From the NCBI RefSeq assembly GCF_004010195.1, contig NC_057719.1, forward strand, positions 2,737,317 through 2,801,316: DNA of 64,000 nt. The letters are read 5' to 3'. Positions 13,862 through 27,310 of this stretch are shown piece by piece. Source of the DNA: Chiloscyllium plagiosum. Its lineage: Eukaryota. The notes beneath the pieces were generated by a model that worked only from the letters and a program-made list of their open reading frames with translations, made no database searches and was not told the DNA's origin. The translations under genes were made by a program, and so were the position numbers. Position 1 is the stretch's first letter; each line of letters begins with the position of its first letter.

Positions 13862-14500
13862 TGTTTAGATTAGAGTGGTGCTGGAAAAGCACATCAAGTC
13901 AGGCAGCATCCGAGAAGCAGGAAAATTGGTGTTTCAGGCAAAAGCCCTTCATCAGGAATGGAGGCAGGGAGCCTCCAGGGTGGAGAGATAAGTGGGGGGT
14001 TGCTGGGGAGAAGGTAACAAACAGTATAATAGTTGAATGTGGGTGGGGATGGAGGTGATAGGTCAGAGACCGAGGGTGGAGAAAGGTAGCAAAGAGTACA
14101 ATGGGTGGATGGAGGTGGGGATGAAGGTGATAGGTCAGAGGGGAGGGTTGAGCAGGTAGGTGGGAAGTAAGGTTGGCAGGTAGGACAGGTCATGAGGACA
14201 GTGCTGAGCTGGAAGGGTGGAACTGGGGTAAGGTGGGGGGGAGGGGAAATGAGGAAACTGGTGAAGTCCACATTGATGCCCTGGGGTTGAAGTGTTCCGA
14301 GGTGGAAGATGAGGTGTTCTTCCTCCAGGCATCGGGTGGTGAGGGAGTGGCGGTGCAGGAGGCCCAGGACCTGCATGTCCTCAGCAGAGTGGGAAGGGGA
14401 GTTGAAATGTTGGGCCACGGGGTGGTGGGGTTGATTGGTGCGGGTGTCCTTGAGATGTTCCCTAAAGCACTCTGTAAGGAGATGTCCACTCTCCCCAATG
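13862..14500 (-). mobile_element. PLE 3' fragment (GIY-YIG C-terminus + terminal repeat)
   Basis: AQHFNSPSHSAEDMQVLGLLH...EEEHLIFHLGTLQPQGINVDF; degenerate hammerhead at about 13921-13958. Confidence 0.9.
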
Positions 14501-14599
14501 TAGCACTTTACTCTGAAAAACTGGAAGGTAACTTTAATGGATTTCTGAGTTTGCTGAGTGACAGTCTTGTATTAAGACAGAGGCTGAGGGTCATCATCA

Positions 14600-17500
14600 G
14601 CATCACTTTCAGGTGCAGTTCTGATTGCAGGGTTACAACAAAACAAAAATTAGTCCAGAAGTGGATGGCTGTGGTTCATTGTCCTCAGACTGTTTCTTGG
14701 GAGTTGACTTATAAAAGGCATCTAGTTTTTGCTGCTCTGCTATCTTGGCTCTTTCATGAAGCAGCTGTTCATAGGATGCAGATAAGACTTTATGCTTCTA
14801 ACTGCTATCTTGCTATGTTCTGCATTGTCGCCACTGTCTTCTAAGAGCCGCAACTGCTTCTCAATTTCCCCCAGAATAGAAGACAAAAGAGAAGTGGAAA
14901 GTTCTTGTGGCGCTGCATCCTGGACTTCATCATCTTCATCTCCAGCTTCAATATCCCCCCCAGCAGCAAGTTATTGCATTTCAGCTGTGGAGAGGTCTTC
15001 ACAATGGGACTCAAGCAGCTCGACACCCTCAGTCTCCACTTCTTCAAATCCAACTTGCTTTGCAAGAGTAACACAATGTTATTTTGATTGCTGGAAGCTC
15101 CTCTGACAGTTCAACTCTTTTAAAATTATGAGGAAAATCTGGGAGAAGCTTTTGCCAAACTGTCCTTACTAACATGCAAGCAGTCCTTACTAACATCACC
15201 CCAGGCCTCCACAATGATGTCAATAGCATTCTTAATGTTAAGTTCTTCGGAAGTTGAAGAACACTGTCCTCATTATCCCCCTCGGTAGCTGCAATCAGCT
15301 TCCTGACTGAGCCACAGCGAGAAACCATAATAACCTCTTCAGGAGACAGACACAAGCTGCAACCGACAAGCTACCCTTTGTTGTACAGTACTTCCCAAGT
15401 GCCGAAAAGCTATGCCATGCTCTTCGCAGCCTGCAACACATTATCAATGAGGATGAGCACCTCACCAAGATCTTCCCCACGCCTCCACTTCTCACCTTTA
15501 AACAACCACCAAACCTCAGATGATTGTTCGCAGCAAACTGCCCGGCTTTCAGGACAACACCATACAACCTTGTCACAGCAGACGCTGCAAGACGTGTCAG
15601 AGTGTCACCATTACATGTGGGGACACCATCCACTATGTAGTGGCAGGCACTCACGTGACCCGGCCAACAATGTCTATCTCTTACATTGCAGGCAAAGATG
15701 CCCTGAGGAATGGAACATTGTTGAGACCGAGTAGAGGCTACGGCAACGGATGAATGGACACCGCACAACAATCAACAAACAGGAGTGTTCCCTCCCAGTC
15801 AGAGAACACTTCAGCGGTCTGGGACATTTGACCTCAGACCTTCAGATGACCATCCTCCAAGGTGGACTTTGGACAGGCAACAATGCACAGTGGCCGAGCA
15901 GAGGCTTATAGCCAAGTTCGGTACCCACGGGGTTGGCCTCAACCAGGACCTTGGGTTCGTGTCATACTACAGGTGACCCCACTACACTACACCCACAGAC
16001 ACACTCACAGACACTCCTACAGACAGACACACACACCCACCCACATATTCTCTTACAGACCCATACACTGATGCAGAAACTCTCTCATACACAAACTCTC
16101 TCTTATACGCTCACACTTCCACGCGCTTATACCCCTTTACACTCACACACATACACACTCTCTCACAGACATTCATACTCCCTCGCACACACATACAAGT
16201 TTGTGGGGTGAATTTGTATTTGCAGAATTACATTTTATTTTGTTCAAAAGCTGCATGAATCCATATAAGATTCTGTAAATTCATTTTTTAGATTAGAATC
16301 AGTCTGAACATTGTGGCACAGACAACCCTACACAGGGCACTCACACCTTCAATACGTTATCTGGGCCAACATGTTACCTATTGTTAAAGTTCACTTGAGA
16401 ATGTAACTTTAAAGAAAGTTCTGGAATTTACATATGAAAGAACTAAAACCAACACACCCAGTCTAAAAGCTGAGAGGCTTAATAAACAATCCAGGTCTTT
16501 TTCAATATATAATTTCAGATACATCACATTGTAAACTTTTGCTATAAATTCTGTGTCCTATGATCTTATACTCCACAACCACCTGATGAAGGAGCAGTAT
16601 TCAGAAAGCTAGTGCTTCCAAATAAACCTGTTGGACTATAACCTGGTGCTGTGTGATTTTTAACTTTGTACATACCAGTCCACACCGGCATCAAATCAGA
16701 GCTTCCTAAATGTGTGCCTTAAATAATAAGCTTTAAAAGCTGCTATTGCACCCTGGTCCATGGGTTGTGTTCGAAGGTAGAAATAGCACTTTGATGATTT
16801 CAGAAAGGTCAGCAATGGTGGGAAGATGGCTTAGTGCACTGTCCAGAATGAGGAGAATCTTGAAAGCCAAATATTTTCTCTTGCAACAATTTCGAAAAAC
16901 ATCCTCAAAAATATCAATAAGGTCAGAAAATAATTTGCCCTGTCATCGAACCTCTTTTACTTGACCTGACGTAAGCTTAAGAGCGGACTTAGGTAACTTT
17001 TCAAGGGTCCACTAGCCTTGGCACCCCACAACACAGTCACATGATTCTCTGCAACCTTAAAACCTGGAGTGTATGCTTCATTCTTAGAAATGTCGGTTCT
17101 GGATGGGATTCGCTTCCAGTACAAGCTTTCTTGTCCAAATTGAAGATTTGATCTAACATGTAGTCTTCTTTCTCAATGAATATTTTTCACCACAGGAGGA
17201 AATGCAAGTTTCTTGTCGATACTGGCAGTTTTGCCACATAACTTTATGCTATGAAAAGCACAGCAAACCAGCCACTACTGGCACTGAATGAAGGCACACA
17301 TATCTGCAGGAATTTCAGGTTTTGTTTCCTTAGATCCTCATAAATTGATAAGGCTTTCTGCTTTATGGTGAGAAAGGCGATCCCGGATTGTTTTTCAATT
17401 GATCTTCTATCCACAGACTCTGAAGCCATTCCATCTCCTCAAAAACCTTTGCCCATGATTTCAAGACTTGGCAGCACTCAGACTTGTTCCAGAAATGCAG

Positions 17501-17720
17501 CTTGTTTTAATTCTTTCCAATTGGCTCTAATTAGGTGCGTAGCGGCAACTCCTTTATTCTTTTTGCTCTTTTGTTACACTAAAAACACTTTGTAACATTG
17601 AACTTCAATTCACGAGTTATAGCCTTTCTTTTATAGTTAGCAGCTATTTTTTTATCTGGATGCTTCCTGGCAACATTCTTGCAACTTTGTCCTTCCATAT
17701 TCATGGAAAACACAGCAAGA
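14600..17720 (-). pseudogene. Tigger/pogo (TIGD1-like) transposase relic, split by a PLE
   Basis: Minus-strand motifs in order: KRKAITRELK (HTH), FSASSGWF, YWKRIPSRT..K....PGFK, QPMDQGAIAAFKAYYLRHTF, IAATEGD, VWQKLLP, LAKQVGFEEVETEGVELLESH; many stops and frameshifts. Confidence 0.85.
15305..16699 (+). mobile_element. PLE (Neptune-like) 3' portion inserted in the Tigger relic
   Basis: PCHSRRCKTC linker and GIY-YIG C-terminus (EQRLIAKFGTH..GLN.D.GF); CA-rich tract; hammerhead at 16580-16613; TSD agcttcct (15297-15304, 16700-16707). Confidence 0.9.
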
Positions 17721-18254
17721 CTTACAAAAAACAGGACTGAGAAATAACTTGAGTACAGCCTTTCAGGAAGCACTTCACCACAAAGCACGTGAGCCGACTG
17801 ACTATATGATGTCGACGCAAGTCCAGTCCTCAGCACAATGTGGCACCTAATGCTGGGGATGCATAATAGCCAACAGGTTTTAAAAAAATATTGTTCCCCA
17901 ATTCACTAAACACGTAACAGCAAAATCACGTTGACAAAATGCATGTTACAGGAGAATGATCTGTATGAAATGTTGAATTAAGTTTAAGATTTAAGACATA
18001 CCAAAATGGGAAAAAAGAATAAATGGAAGTTGGACAAGAAATTCTCCAGGATTTACAACCATTACTAAATTGTATAAAAGTAGTTCCAAGCACCAAAGCA
18101 GAATGTGAGGATTTTCTCATATAAACATAATTACACCATCAATTTACTCTAGAATACTCATAATTTCACCAAATTCTGTTTTTAAGATCACGTGGACCCA
18201 GTATCCCTTGACACAATGGACTCCAAAGCAATATGTTATAAACTGACATTTTTG

Positions 18255-18720
18255 CATTCATTCATGGTGTAAGGCCGCCGCTGGCTCAGACAGCATTTAT
18301 TGCTGATCCCTAATTGCCCAGAGGACAGTTAAGAGTCAACGCCATTGCTGTGGTCTGGAGTCACATATAGGCCAGACCAGGTAAGGGTGTATTTTCCTTG
18401 TCTAAAAGATATTAGCAAACCCAGATGGGTTTTCCCAACAATCAACAAAGGATTCATGGCCAAAATTATACTCCTAATTCCAGATTTTTACTGAATTCAA
18501 ATTCAACTATCTGCCAAGGTGAATTTCAAAACTGAGCCCTCTGAACATTACCCAGGTCTCTGGGTTAACAGCCTAGTGATAAAAACAATGACTGCATATG
18601 CTGGAAACCAGATTCTGGATTAGTGGTGCTGGAAGAGCACATCAGCTGCCTGAACTGCTGTGCTCTTCCAGCACCACTAATCCAGAGCCTAGTGATAATA
18701 CCACTGGGGCTGTTGCCTGC
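18255..18720 (-). mobile_element. SacSINE1-like SINE containing a mini PLE insertion (18583-18685)
   Basis: Reverse homology to 5190-5460; the nested insert has TSD agcctagtgataa (18570-18582, 18686-18698) and inverted arms. Confidence 0.65.
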
Positions 18721-19174
18721 CCTTAAATCACTGCAAAGTTACTGCTCAGCAGAGGACTCAAGAACAAGATCAACATTTTCCCGTTGCAAAAACATGCAAT
18801 GTGAAATTGTGGAAATTATTGTGGGGTTATTTTGGTTTGCAATCTTTCAATGGAATTCATGTTTTTAATAGGTTTGAATTAAATAATTAAACTGTTGCAT
18901 AATGAAATCCTAGTTATGCTAAATAATTGGGAATACAAATGTTTTGGAATAAAATGCCTACTGGCACTAATAATTTTCACTTAAAGAATAGAGTGTTATT
19001 TAAAACAATGGTTAATAGGGTTTTCTTTCTTATCAGGTGACTGGTAATTGTGACTGCAACAGACTGTAATTGTGACACATTTGTTTATCCCAGAATTGGT
19101 ACGGGACAGAAGGCCATCTAAGTCCATGATGTCTGCAATAACAACATTATAACTAAGGGGCAATCTCCTGCTTT

Positions 19175-20345
19175 TTAGAACATTAGAACATAAGAACTAG
19201 CTGCAAGAGTAAGCCATTAGGCCCTTCCAGCCTGCTCCGCCATTTAATAAGATCATGACTAATCTTTTCGTGGCCTCAGTTCTTCTTAACCGCCCTCTCA
19301 CCATAACCCTTAATTCCTTTACTGTTCAAAAAATTCTCTACCTTAGCTTTAAAAACATTTACTAAGGAAGTCTCAACTACTTCACTGGGCAGGGAATTCC
19401 ATAGATTCACAACTCTCTGGGTGAAGAAGTTCCTTCTCAATTCAGTCCTAAATCTGCTCCCTCTTATTTTGAGGCTATGCCCTCTAGTCCTAGTTTCACC
19501 TACCAGTCAAAACACCTTCTCTACTTCTATCTTATCTATTCCCTTCATAATTTTATATGTTTCTACAACATCTGCCCTCACTCTTCTAAATTCCAATGAA
19601 TATAGTCCCAGACTGCTCCGTCTCTCCTTGTAAGCCAACCCCTTAAACTCCAGAATCAACCTAGGGAAACTCGTCTGCACCCCCTCTAGTGCCAGTACAT
19701 CATTTCTCAAGTAAGAAGACCAAAACTGCACACAATACTTCAGGTGTGGCCTCACCAGCACCCTATACAGCTGCAACATAACTTCCCTGCATTTAAACTC
19801 AATCCCTTTAGCAATGAATGAAATTTCCATTTGCCTTCTCAATTATCTGTTGCACCTGCAGACCAATCTTCTGTGATTCATGTACAAGGACACTCAGGTG
19901 CATGCTGCAATTTTTTTATCATTCAAGTAATAGTCCTTTTTACTGTTATTCCTGCCAAAATTGATTATTTCACATTTATTAACATTGTATTCAAACTGCC
20001 ATACTTTTGCCCACTCACTTAAACTACCTATGTCCCTTTGTAAAGTTTCACAGTCCTCTGCACACTTTGCTCCAACACTCATCTTTGTGTCATCCGCAAA
20101 CTTTGACGCAGTATATGTAGTCCCCAACTCCAAATCATCTAGGTAAATTGTGAATAATTGCAGTACCAACACTGATCCCTGAGACACACCACTAGTCATT
20201 GATTGCCAACCAGAATAGCACTCATTTATCACCATTCTTTGCTTCCTGTTAAACAATCCTCTATCCATGCTAATACATCGCCTTTAGTGTCTTGCATCTT
20301 TATCTCATGCAGCAAATTTTGTGCGGCATCTTGCCTTTTGAAACT
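19175..20345 (-). mobile_element. CR1 LINE 3' portion (RT)
   Basis: SGVSQGSVL, SKFADDTK, LYRVLVRPHLKYCVQFWS; agaacattagaacataagaac tail. Confidence 0.9.
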
Positions 20346-20349
20346 CCAG

Positions 20350-21191
20350 ATAAACTCAAAGTTTGTGAGAATATTTGTAGCTCGGGTGCTCGTTGTTGTG
20401 GTTCTGTTCGCCAAGCTGGGAATTTGTGTTGCAGATGTTTCGTCCCCTGTCTAGGTGACATCCTCAGTGCTTGGGAGCCTCCTGTCATGTTTCCTCCGGC
20501 ATTTATAGTGGTTTGAATCTGTCGCTTCCGGTTGTCAGTTCCAGCTGTCCGTTGCAGTGGTCGGTATGTTGGGTCCAGGTCAATGTGCTTATTGATTGAA
20601 TCTGTGGATGAGTGCCATGCCTCTAGGAATTCCTTGGCTGTTCTCTGTTTGGCTTGTCCTAAAATAGTAGTGTTGTCCCAGTCGAATTCATGTTGCTTGT
20701 CATCTGAATGTGTGGCTCCTAAGGATAGCTGGTCGTGTCGTTTCGTGGCTAGTTGGTGTTCATGGATGCGGATCGTTAGCTGTCTTCCTGTCTTTCCCTT
20801 AGGCATAGGCATCTGTTGATGAAATTGCACGGGTATCCGTTTTTGGCGAATACATTGTATAGGTGTTCTTCTTCCTCATTTTGCAGTTCTGGTGTACTGC
20901 AGTGTGTTGTGGCCCTTTTGAATGGCACACCCATGGGCTCACCCATCTCTGGACTGACAGCAGAAGCGGTAATGCAAAGATTAGAACAAACAGTCTTACC
21001 ACAAATTCAACCCAAACTCTGGGTCAGATATGTGGATGACACCTTTGTAATCATTAAAAACATAGAAATAGAGAACATACACCGGATCATCAACGCCACA
21101 CTCACAGGAATCAGATTCACTAGAGACGAAGAAAAGGACAACCAACTCCCATTCCTAGGCGTGATGGTACAGAGAACACCGAATGGAGAAT
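20350..21191. mobile_element. PLE (Poseidon-like) with internal inversion, running into a gap
   Basis: Minus strand: GKTGRQLTIRIHEH...FDWDNTTIL...EFLEAWHS (GIY-YIG). Plus strand from about 20920: GTPMGSPISG...WVRYVDDTF...QLPFLGV (RT). Confidence 0.9.
20431..20470 (-). ncRNA. Minimal type I hammerhead ribozyme motif (Poseidon-like PLE)
   Basis: Reverse complement reads GCA-CUGAGGA-UGUCACCUAGACAGGGGAC-GAAA-CA-UC-UGC; stem I is GCA/UGC. Confidence 0.7.
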
Positions 21192-21691
21192 NNNNNNNNN
21201 NNNNNNNNNNNNNNNNNNNNNNNNNNNNNNNNNNNNNNNNNNNNNNNNNNNNNNNNNNNNNNNNNNNNNNNNNNNNNNNNNNNNNNNNNNNNNNNNNNNN
21301 NNNNNNNNNNNNNNNNNNNNNNNNNNNNNNNNNNNNNNNNNNNNNNNNNNNNNNNNNNNNNNNNNNNNNNNNNNNNNNNNNNNNNNNNNNNNNNNNNNNN
21401 NNNNNNNNNNNNNNNNNNNNNNNNNNNNNNNNNNNNNNNNNNNNNNNNNNNNNNNNNNNNNNNNNNNNNNNNNNNNNNNNNNNNNNNNNNNNNNNNNNNN
21501 NNNNNNNNNNNNNNNNNNNNNNNNNNNNNNNNNNNNNNNNNNNNNNNNNNNNNNNNNNNNNNNNNNNNNNNNNNNNNNNNNNNNNNNNNNNNNNNNNNNN
21601 NNNNNNNNNNNNNNNNNNNNNNNNNNNNNNNNNNNNNNNNNNNNNNNNNNNNNNNNNNNNNNNNNNNNNNNNNNNNNNNNNNNNNNNNNNN
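21192..21691. other. Assembly gap (500 N)
   Basis: Run of N; further gaps at 50827-50928 and 58153-58486. Confidence 1.
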
Positions 21692-22080
21692 GATGCTTGA
21701 TGCACCGGGCCTGGAGGAAGAGCGCCTCATCTTCCGCCTAGGAACCCTCCAACCACAAGGGATGAATGCAGAATTCTCCAGTTTCCTCATTTCCCCTCCC
21801 CCCACCTTATCTCAGTCCCAACCCTCAGACTCAGCACCGCCTTCTTGACCTGCAATCTTCTTCCTGACCTCTCCGCCCCCACCCCCTCTCCAGCTATCAC
21901 CCTCACCTTAACCTCCTTCCACCTACCTCATTCCCAACGCTCCTCCCCGAAGTCCCTCCTCCCTACCTTTTATCTTAGCCTGCCTGGCACACCTTCCTCA
22001 TTCCTGAAGAAGGGCTTATGCTCGAAACATCGATTCTCCTGCTCCTTGGATGCTGCCTGACCTGCTGCGCTTTTCGAGCA
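21692..22080 (+). mobile_element. PLE 3' end with hammerhead motif
   Basis: LEEERLIFRLGTLQPQGMN; cctgaagaagggcttatgctcgaaacatcgattc at about 22003-22036. Confidence 0.9.
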
Positions 22081-23749
22081 AGAACTTCAACAAGGCCAGC
22101 ATATGTTGAGGGAGAAGCAGCAAACCAAGATCCACCAAGGAATGGTTCATAGCTTTGCTGCACCTCTGTGCAAATGAGGAATGGCAATACCAAAAAAACA
22201 AAATCAAGGCTATCCTGATCCATCATACATAAAGTTTGACTGTAAAGGATGTGAGGGGTCAGGCATCCCTAACTATCACTGTGCAATGTTTCCAACTTTT
22301 CTGATTGTCTGCTAATAAAGTTTACCAGCTCCTTAACACAGAACAACTGCATATCAATTCCATCTCAGTGTCATCAGGGTAACAGCTGCCTGTAAGTTCT
22401 ATGCTTGTGACTGAAGCAGGTCAGGACTTATCCCAATCCTTTACTCAGAGGTACATCTGGGATATTACTGATGCCATTACTACATCTCTTTATAACCATC
22501 AACCTTGATGAACAGATTAAACAGCTACAGAAAGAAGATTCTTCACTATCGCTGTCTTCCCTCAGGTGCAAGAAGCTATTGACTGTGTCCACACTGCTTT
22601 AAGAGCAGGAGCTGCAGGAGTGGCAACAACAGCAGAGGATAGCATGTAACCAACACCCCCAAAGTCTGTTACAGAGACCCCAGCCGATTTCAAGCAGCAA
22701 ACAGAGGAGTAGCAGGATGGTAAAAGGAGGAGGAAGAGTGAAAGATTAACTCTATTGCAATAAAATCTTGCATTATATTCATTATTTCAAGATGGCACCT
22801 GATCATGGTGACACTTAGCATTTTGCACATGAAGAAAACACTTTTTACTATATATTTTATATATATGTGACAATAAATCTAAATCTACTTGAAAAATTAA
22901 CTCCTCATTCTCTCTCACCTTCCCATGCCAATTACCTTATGGCACGGAAAGTGAAAGATCTAAATCAACTAATTTACTAATAAGTTTGATTACCCATGAC
23001 GGTTTTTAAAAAATATGGCAAGCATCTGCCAAAATGATTAGACTGCTGCTCACGATTTTACCAAACCGGAATGCTGAAATTGCGTTCAGCACGTTTAGTA
23101 CCAGCATTTATGCATATGCATGATATCAGCTGGTCTGATTTACAAATAAAGTCTCAGTCTGTGAAAGAGGGAAAAAGCAAGATTCTTTCTGAAAGAAACA
23201 GTTTTCTATCTGTCAATTTTCACACATCCTACTGTTGAAGCAGATCTCTTAGAAGTGTAGAGGCTGTGAGTGCTATACAGGTGGAAAGAGTAGATAGCTA
23301 AAAACAAGAAGTACAAGAGATTGTGGATTGAACAAATCCTCTTTGCTGTTGTTTAGGTACTACCACAGCCGACTGTACTATTCAAATGGGTGGAAGTAGG
23401 GAGTCTCTGGGGTTTCTGTGCAATCAGGATTGTTGTGATCTGATTGAGAGAGGGTTCGTAGAAATGTACCTTTTGGTGATAACTATGTCCAAAGATTTTG
23501 ATGGAATGCAACTGATAGTGAATCAGACTCAAGACTCAGTAGTGTGGAGTGGCAAATGAGAGATTCTACAAAGTAGAGGCCAACTTGGAAAGGCTGTGAG
23601 TATGCTAGTTGTCCCATAATTGTATAGAAAGTAAAGGAAATGCTCATAACTATGTAAGGAGCATCTTTATTGTACTATTAATAAAAATGAAATTTACCTT
23701 TTTATCAGTAATATGCTTGAACTGTTGATTAATGTCTGAATTATTTTGA

Positions 23750-25960
23750 TATTACTAGATTTGTTACAAATTTTCAAAAGCAAGATAACGAGAGTTTAGG
23801 AACAGTACATTCCTATTAGTGTGAAGTGCAAGACTGGTAGGAGGAGGGAGCACTGGATGACTCTTGATGCTCTTATCAACAAAAAGGAGGCAGATGTCAT
23901 GTAAAGATAGCTGGGATCAACTGAATCCCTTGAGGAGTATGGGGGAGTAGGAGTACATTTGAGAGAGAAATCAGGAGGGCAAGAAGGGGGCAGAAAAGGT
24001 TAAGCAGAATACAAAAAAATTTACAATTACATTATGGGTAAAAGAGTAACTAGTGAGAGAATAGGGCCCCTTAAAGATCATCGAGGCCATCTATGTGTAG
24101 AACCAGAGGAGATGGTAAGATACTAAACAAATATTTTGTGTTAGTATTTAGTGTGAAGAAAGTCATGGAAACTAAGGAACTTGTGGAAATAAATAGTGAT
24201 GACTTTAAGAGTCCACATTACAAAAGAGGAGGTACTGGAAGGCTTAAAATCCAAGATAGTAGCAGCAAAGTAGCAGCGTTTGGACTTCACCAATGGCTGC
24301 TGTCTTCCATCCATTTCTCTTTTTCTTATTTTTCTTCTGATCTTGCTATGTTTCTCTACAGTTCTTACCTTTTGCCCTTTGAGAGTTCAGCTGCAAGGGA
24401 GCATCAGCAATGGCAGCAAGTATGGGCCCATTGATGAGAAATAGTGCTGAAACCTGGTGACTTCAATGTTGCTGGGTCCAGCACAGGCGATGGCAAGGTG
24501 CAGGACCCAAGGCAGTGGAATTGGCGGCAGCGAAGCGGTGGTTTCATCATAATGTTGGTGGGCACAGCTCAAAGTTCATGGTGACTACAAGGGTGATCTG
24601 GACCTTTCCTTTTTGGTTTTGTTTCTGTTTCTTTAATTTCGGCTCTTGCTTTTAATTCTGACTATTGTATTCTAAGGTGGCGCCAGCGTGGCAACTTTGT
24701 ACAAATTTCACTGTACACGGGTACACATGACAATAAAATCTAATCAAATCTAAAATGTAAAGGTAGATAAATCCCCAAGACCTGATCAAGTGTATCCCAG
24801 GATACTGTGGGAAGCTAGGGAAGAAATTGCAGGGCCTTAGCAGAGACATTTATATCATTGACAACCATGGGTGAGGTGTTGGGAAACTGGAGGGTGGCTA
24901 ATTCTGTTCCCTTATTTAAGAAAGGAAAAGCCAGCAAACTATAGACCGGTGAGCCTGAGCTCAGTGGTGAGTAAGTTGTCTGAAAGACTGGATTTGCATG
25001 CATTTGGAAAGGCAAGAACCGATTAGGGATAGTCAGCATGGCTTTGTGCATGGGAAATCTTGTCCCACAAGCTTGATTTTGTTTGAAGACATGACCAAAA
25101 AGATATATAGAGTGGTAGACATTATCTACATGGACCTTTGCAAGATCTTTGACAAGGTTCTGCATGGTAGACTGGTTAGTAAGGTTAAATCACATGGGAT
25201 CCAGGAAGAGCTAGCCAAATGGATACAAGATTGGCTTGACAGCAAGAGATAAAGGGTGGCGGTGGACGGTTGTTGTTCAGACTGGAGGCCTATGACCAGC
25301 AACGTACTACAAAGATCAGTGCTGGGTCCACTGTTGTCTGTTATTTACATAAATGATTTGGATGAGAATACAGGAAGCATGGCTAGAAAATTGGTGGTAA
25401 AGGGGACAGTCAAGAAGATTATCTAAAAGTACAATGAGGTCTTGATCAGATGGACAAGGAATGGAAGATGGAGTTTAATTTGTATAAATGCAAGGTTTTG
25501 CATTTTGCTCAGACAAGCCAGGGCTGGACTTACACAGTTAATGGTAGGGCACTGGGGAGTGTTGTTGAACAGAGACCTAGGGGTACAGGTATATAGTTCC
25601 TTGAATTTGGTGTCACAAGTAGACAAAGAAGGCATTTGCCATGTTTGCCTTCATTCGTCAGAGCAGAGTATAGGAGTGTGATGTCATGTTGTGGCCGTAC
25701 AAGACGGTAGTGAGGGTACTTCTGGAGCACTGCATACAATTCTGGTTGCTCTGCCATAGGAAAGATGTTATTCAACTGAAAAGGGTTTAGAAAAGATTTG
25801 CAAGGATGTTACCAAGAACGGAGGGTTTGAGTTATAAGGAAAGACTAGGACTTTTTTTCCTTGAGAGTAGGAGACTGATGGGTGACAATATAGTTCTTTA
25901 TAAAATCATGAATAGCATAGATAAAGTGAACAGCCTTTTCCTCAGGGGAGGGGAGTCCAT
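23750..25960 (+). mobile_element. Decayed CR1 LINE ORF2 with a nested ~500-bp insert (about 24250-24750)
   Basis: DSQHGFVHGKSC, IYMDLCKIFDKVLHGRLVSK; the insert ends in a Rex1-type tail catgacaataaaatctaatcaaatctaa. Confidence 0.8.
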
Positions 25961-26099
25961 CACTTCCTGTCAGAATTGATGCATAGGCTGTTGTTACTCA
26001 GGTGTCTGGAGCATATGAAATAGGAAATATTTGCAAATGGGAAACTCTAAACCGATACCTGACAATCATTCCTTTTACCAGGATATGAATATCAAACCC

Positions 26100-27310
26100 T
26101 TTGACTGAGGAAGAAAAATCATTTATGTTTTCGGTCTGTGGGAAAAGACTTCAGGTTAGCCAAGCAGAGAAGCCAGGACATTGCAAGGAAGGTCAGCAGA
26201 GAGAGTTCCAGCAGGTAAAGGAATGTGAGCAGAGAGGCATATCTAAACAGTTTCTAGTAAGAGGGAGGGCAAGGTCCCAAAGTGTTGTCACAACCAAGCC
26301 AGTAAGTGATTGATTGCTTGAGAGGTGAGCATAACTCTTAAATTTTCTTACTCTAATCAAATATCTGTTCAAGTTACTATTCCTGCTCGTTAACTCTTAG
26401 TGTCTGTTAGTGAGAATTAGATTTTCTTTGTGGGTAATTTTTGGGTTATTAGAAGGGATGGAAGGCCAGCTCATTCAAGCAGTATGCTGCATCTGTTACA
26501 TGCGGGAGTTCTTGGATGCTTTTCGCATTGATGAGCAACACATGTGCTGGAGTTGCCGTTGGTACCTCCAACTCAAGTGCCAGGTTATGAAACTTAAGCA
26601 AAGTCTGGTGGCTCTGAGGAGCATCTGGGAGAACAAGAGTTATGTGGACAGCACATACAAGGTGGTCGTCACCCCACAGTATAAAACAGTGCAGGAGAAT
26701 AAGTAACCATTGCACACAAGCATAAGGCAAGGCAGTCAGTGCTGCCGCTAAGGCAATCCGATAGTCAACTGATACTCTGTGCTGAATTCTGGCGATGGCA
26801 ATAATGCCTCAAATAATTGCAATCAAAGCAAAACTGGCAACTCTGTGGGACACTCACCTGCACAGAGCGGGGAGAAAAAGACAGAACTGTAATGATAGGG
26901 AATTCAATTGTTAGGGGAACAGAGAAGCACTTCTGCAAGTGCTTCAGTGACAACAGGATGGTATGGTGCTTCCCTGGTGCAAGGGTTCTGCAGGTTACTG
27001 AGCAGCTGCAGTGCACTTTGGAGGGGTATGGGTCATAGGTAAGAAGATCAATGAGGTCCTAAAGGCTGAATTTAGGGAGTTGGGAGCCAGATTGAAAGCC
27101 AACACCTCAAAGATCGTGACCTCCAGATTACTACCTGTCCCATGTGCCAGTGAGGCTAGGAATTGGCAGATGAGGCAGTTTATAATGTGTCTAGGGAGTA
27201 GTGTCAAAGGGAGGGCTTTAGACTTCTGAATAACAGGGACTGTTTCTGGGGAAGGTGGGACTTGTTCAAGAGGGACAGTCTTCATCCAAACAGTGACGGG
27301 TCCAATATTC
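26100..27310 (+). mobile_element. CR1 LINE 5' UTR + ORF1 (zinc finger, SGNH esterase); continues at about 34880
   Basis: MEGQLIQAVCCICYMRE...CWSC; VMIGNSIVRGTEKHFC...VWCFPGARV; breaks at LHPNSDGSNI where the 110-bp array starts. Confidence 0.85.

Noticed and set aside
20816..21848. Long ORFs at 20.8-21.8, 50.8-51.2 and 58.1-58.7 kb
   Set aside because: Their length comes from reading through N gaps.
22540..22750. Possible host exon after ttccctcag (similar acceptor-like site at 19036)
   Set aside because: Early stop, no recognisable protein and no convincing donor; cannot be supported without RNA data.
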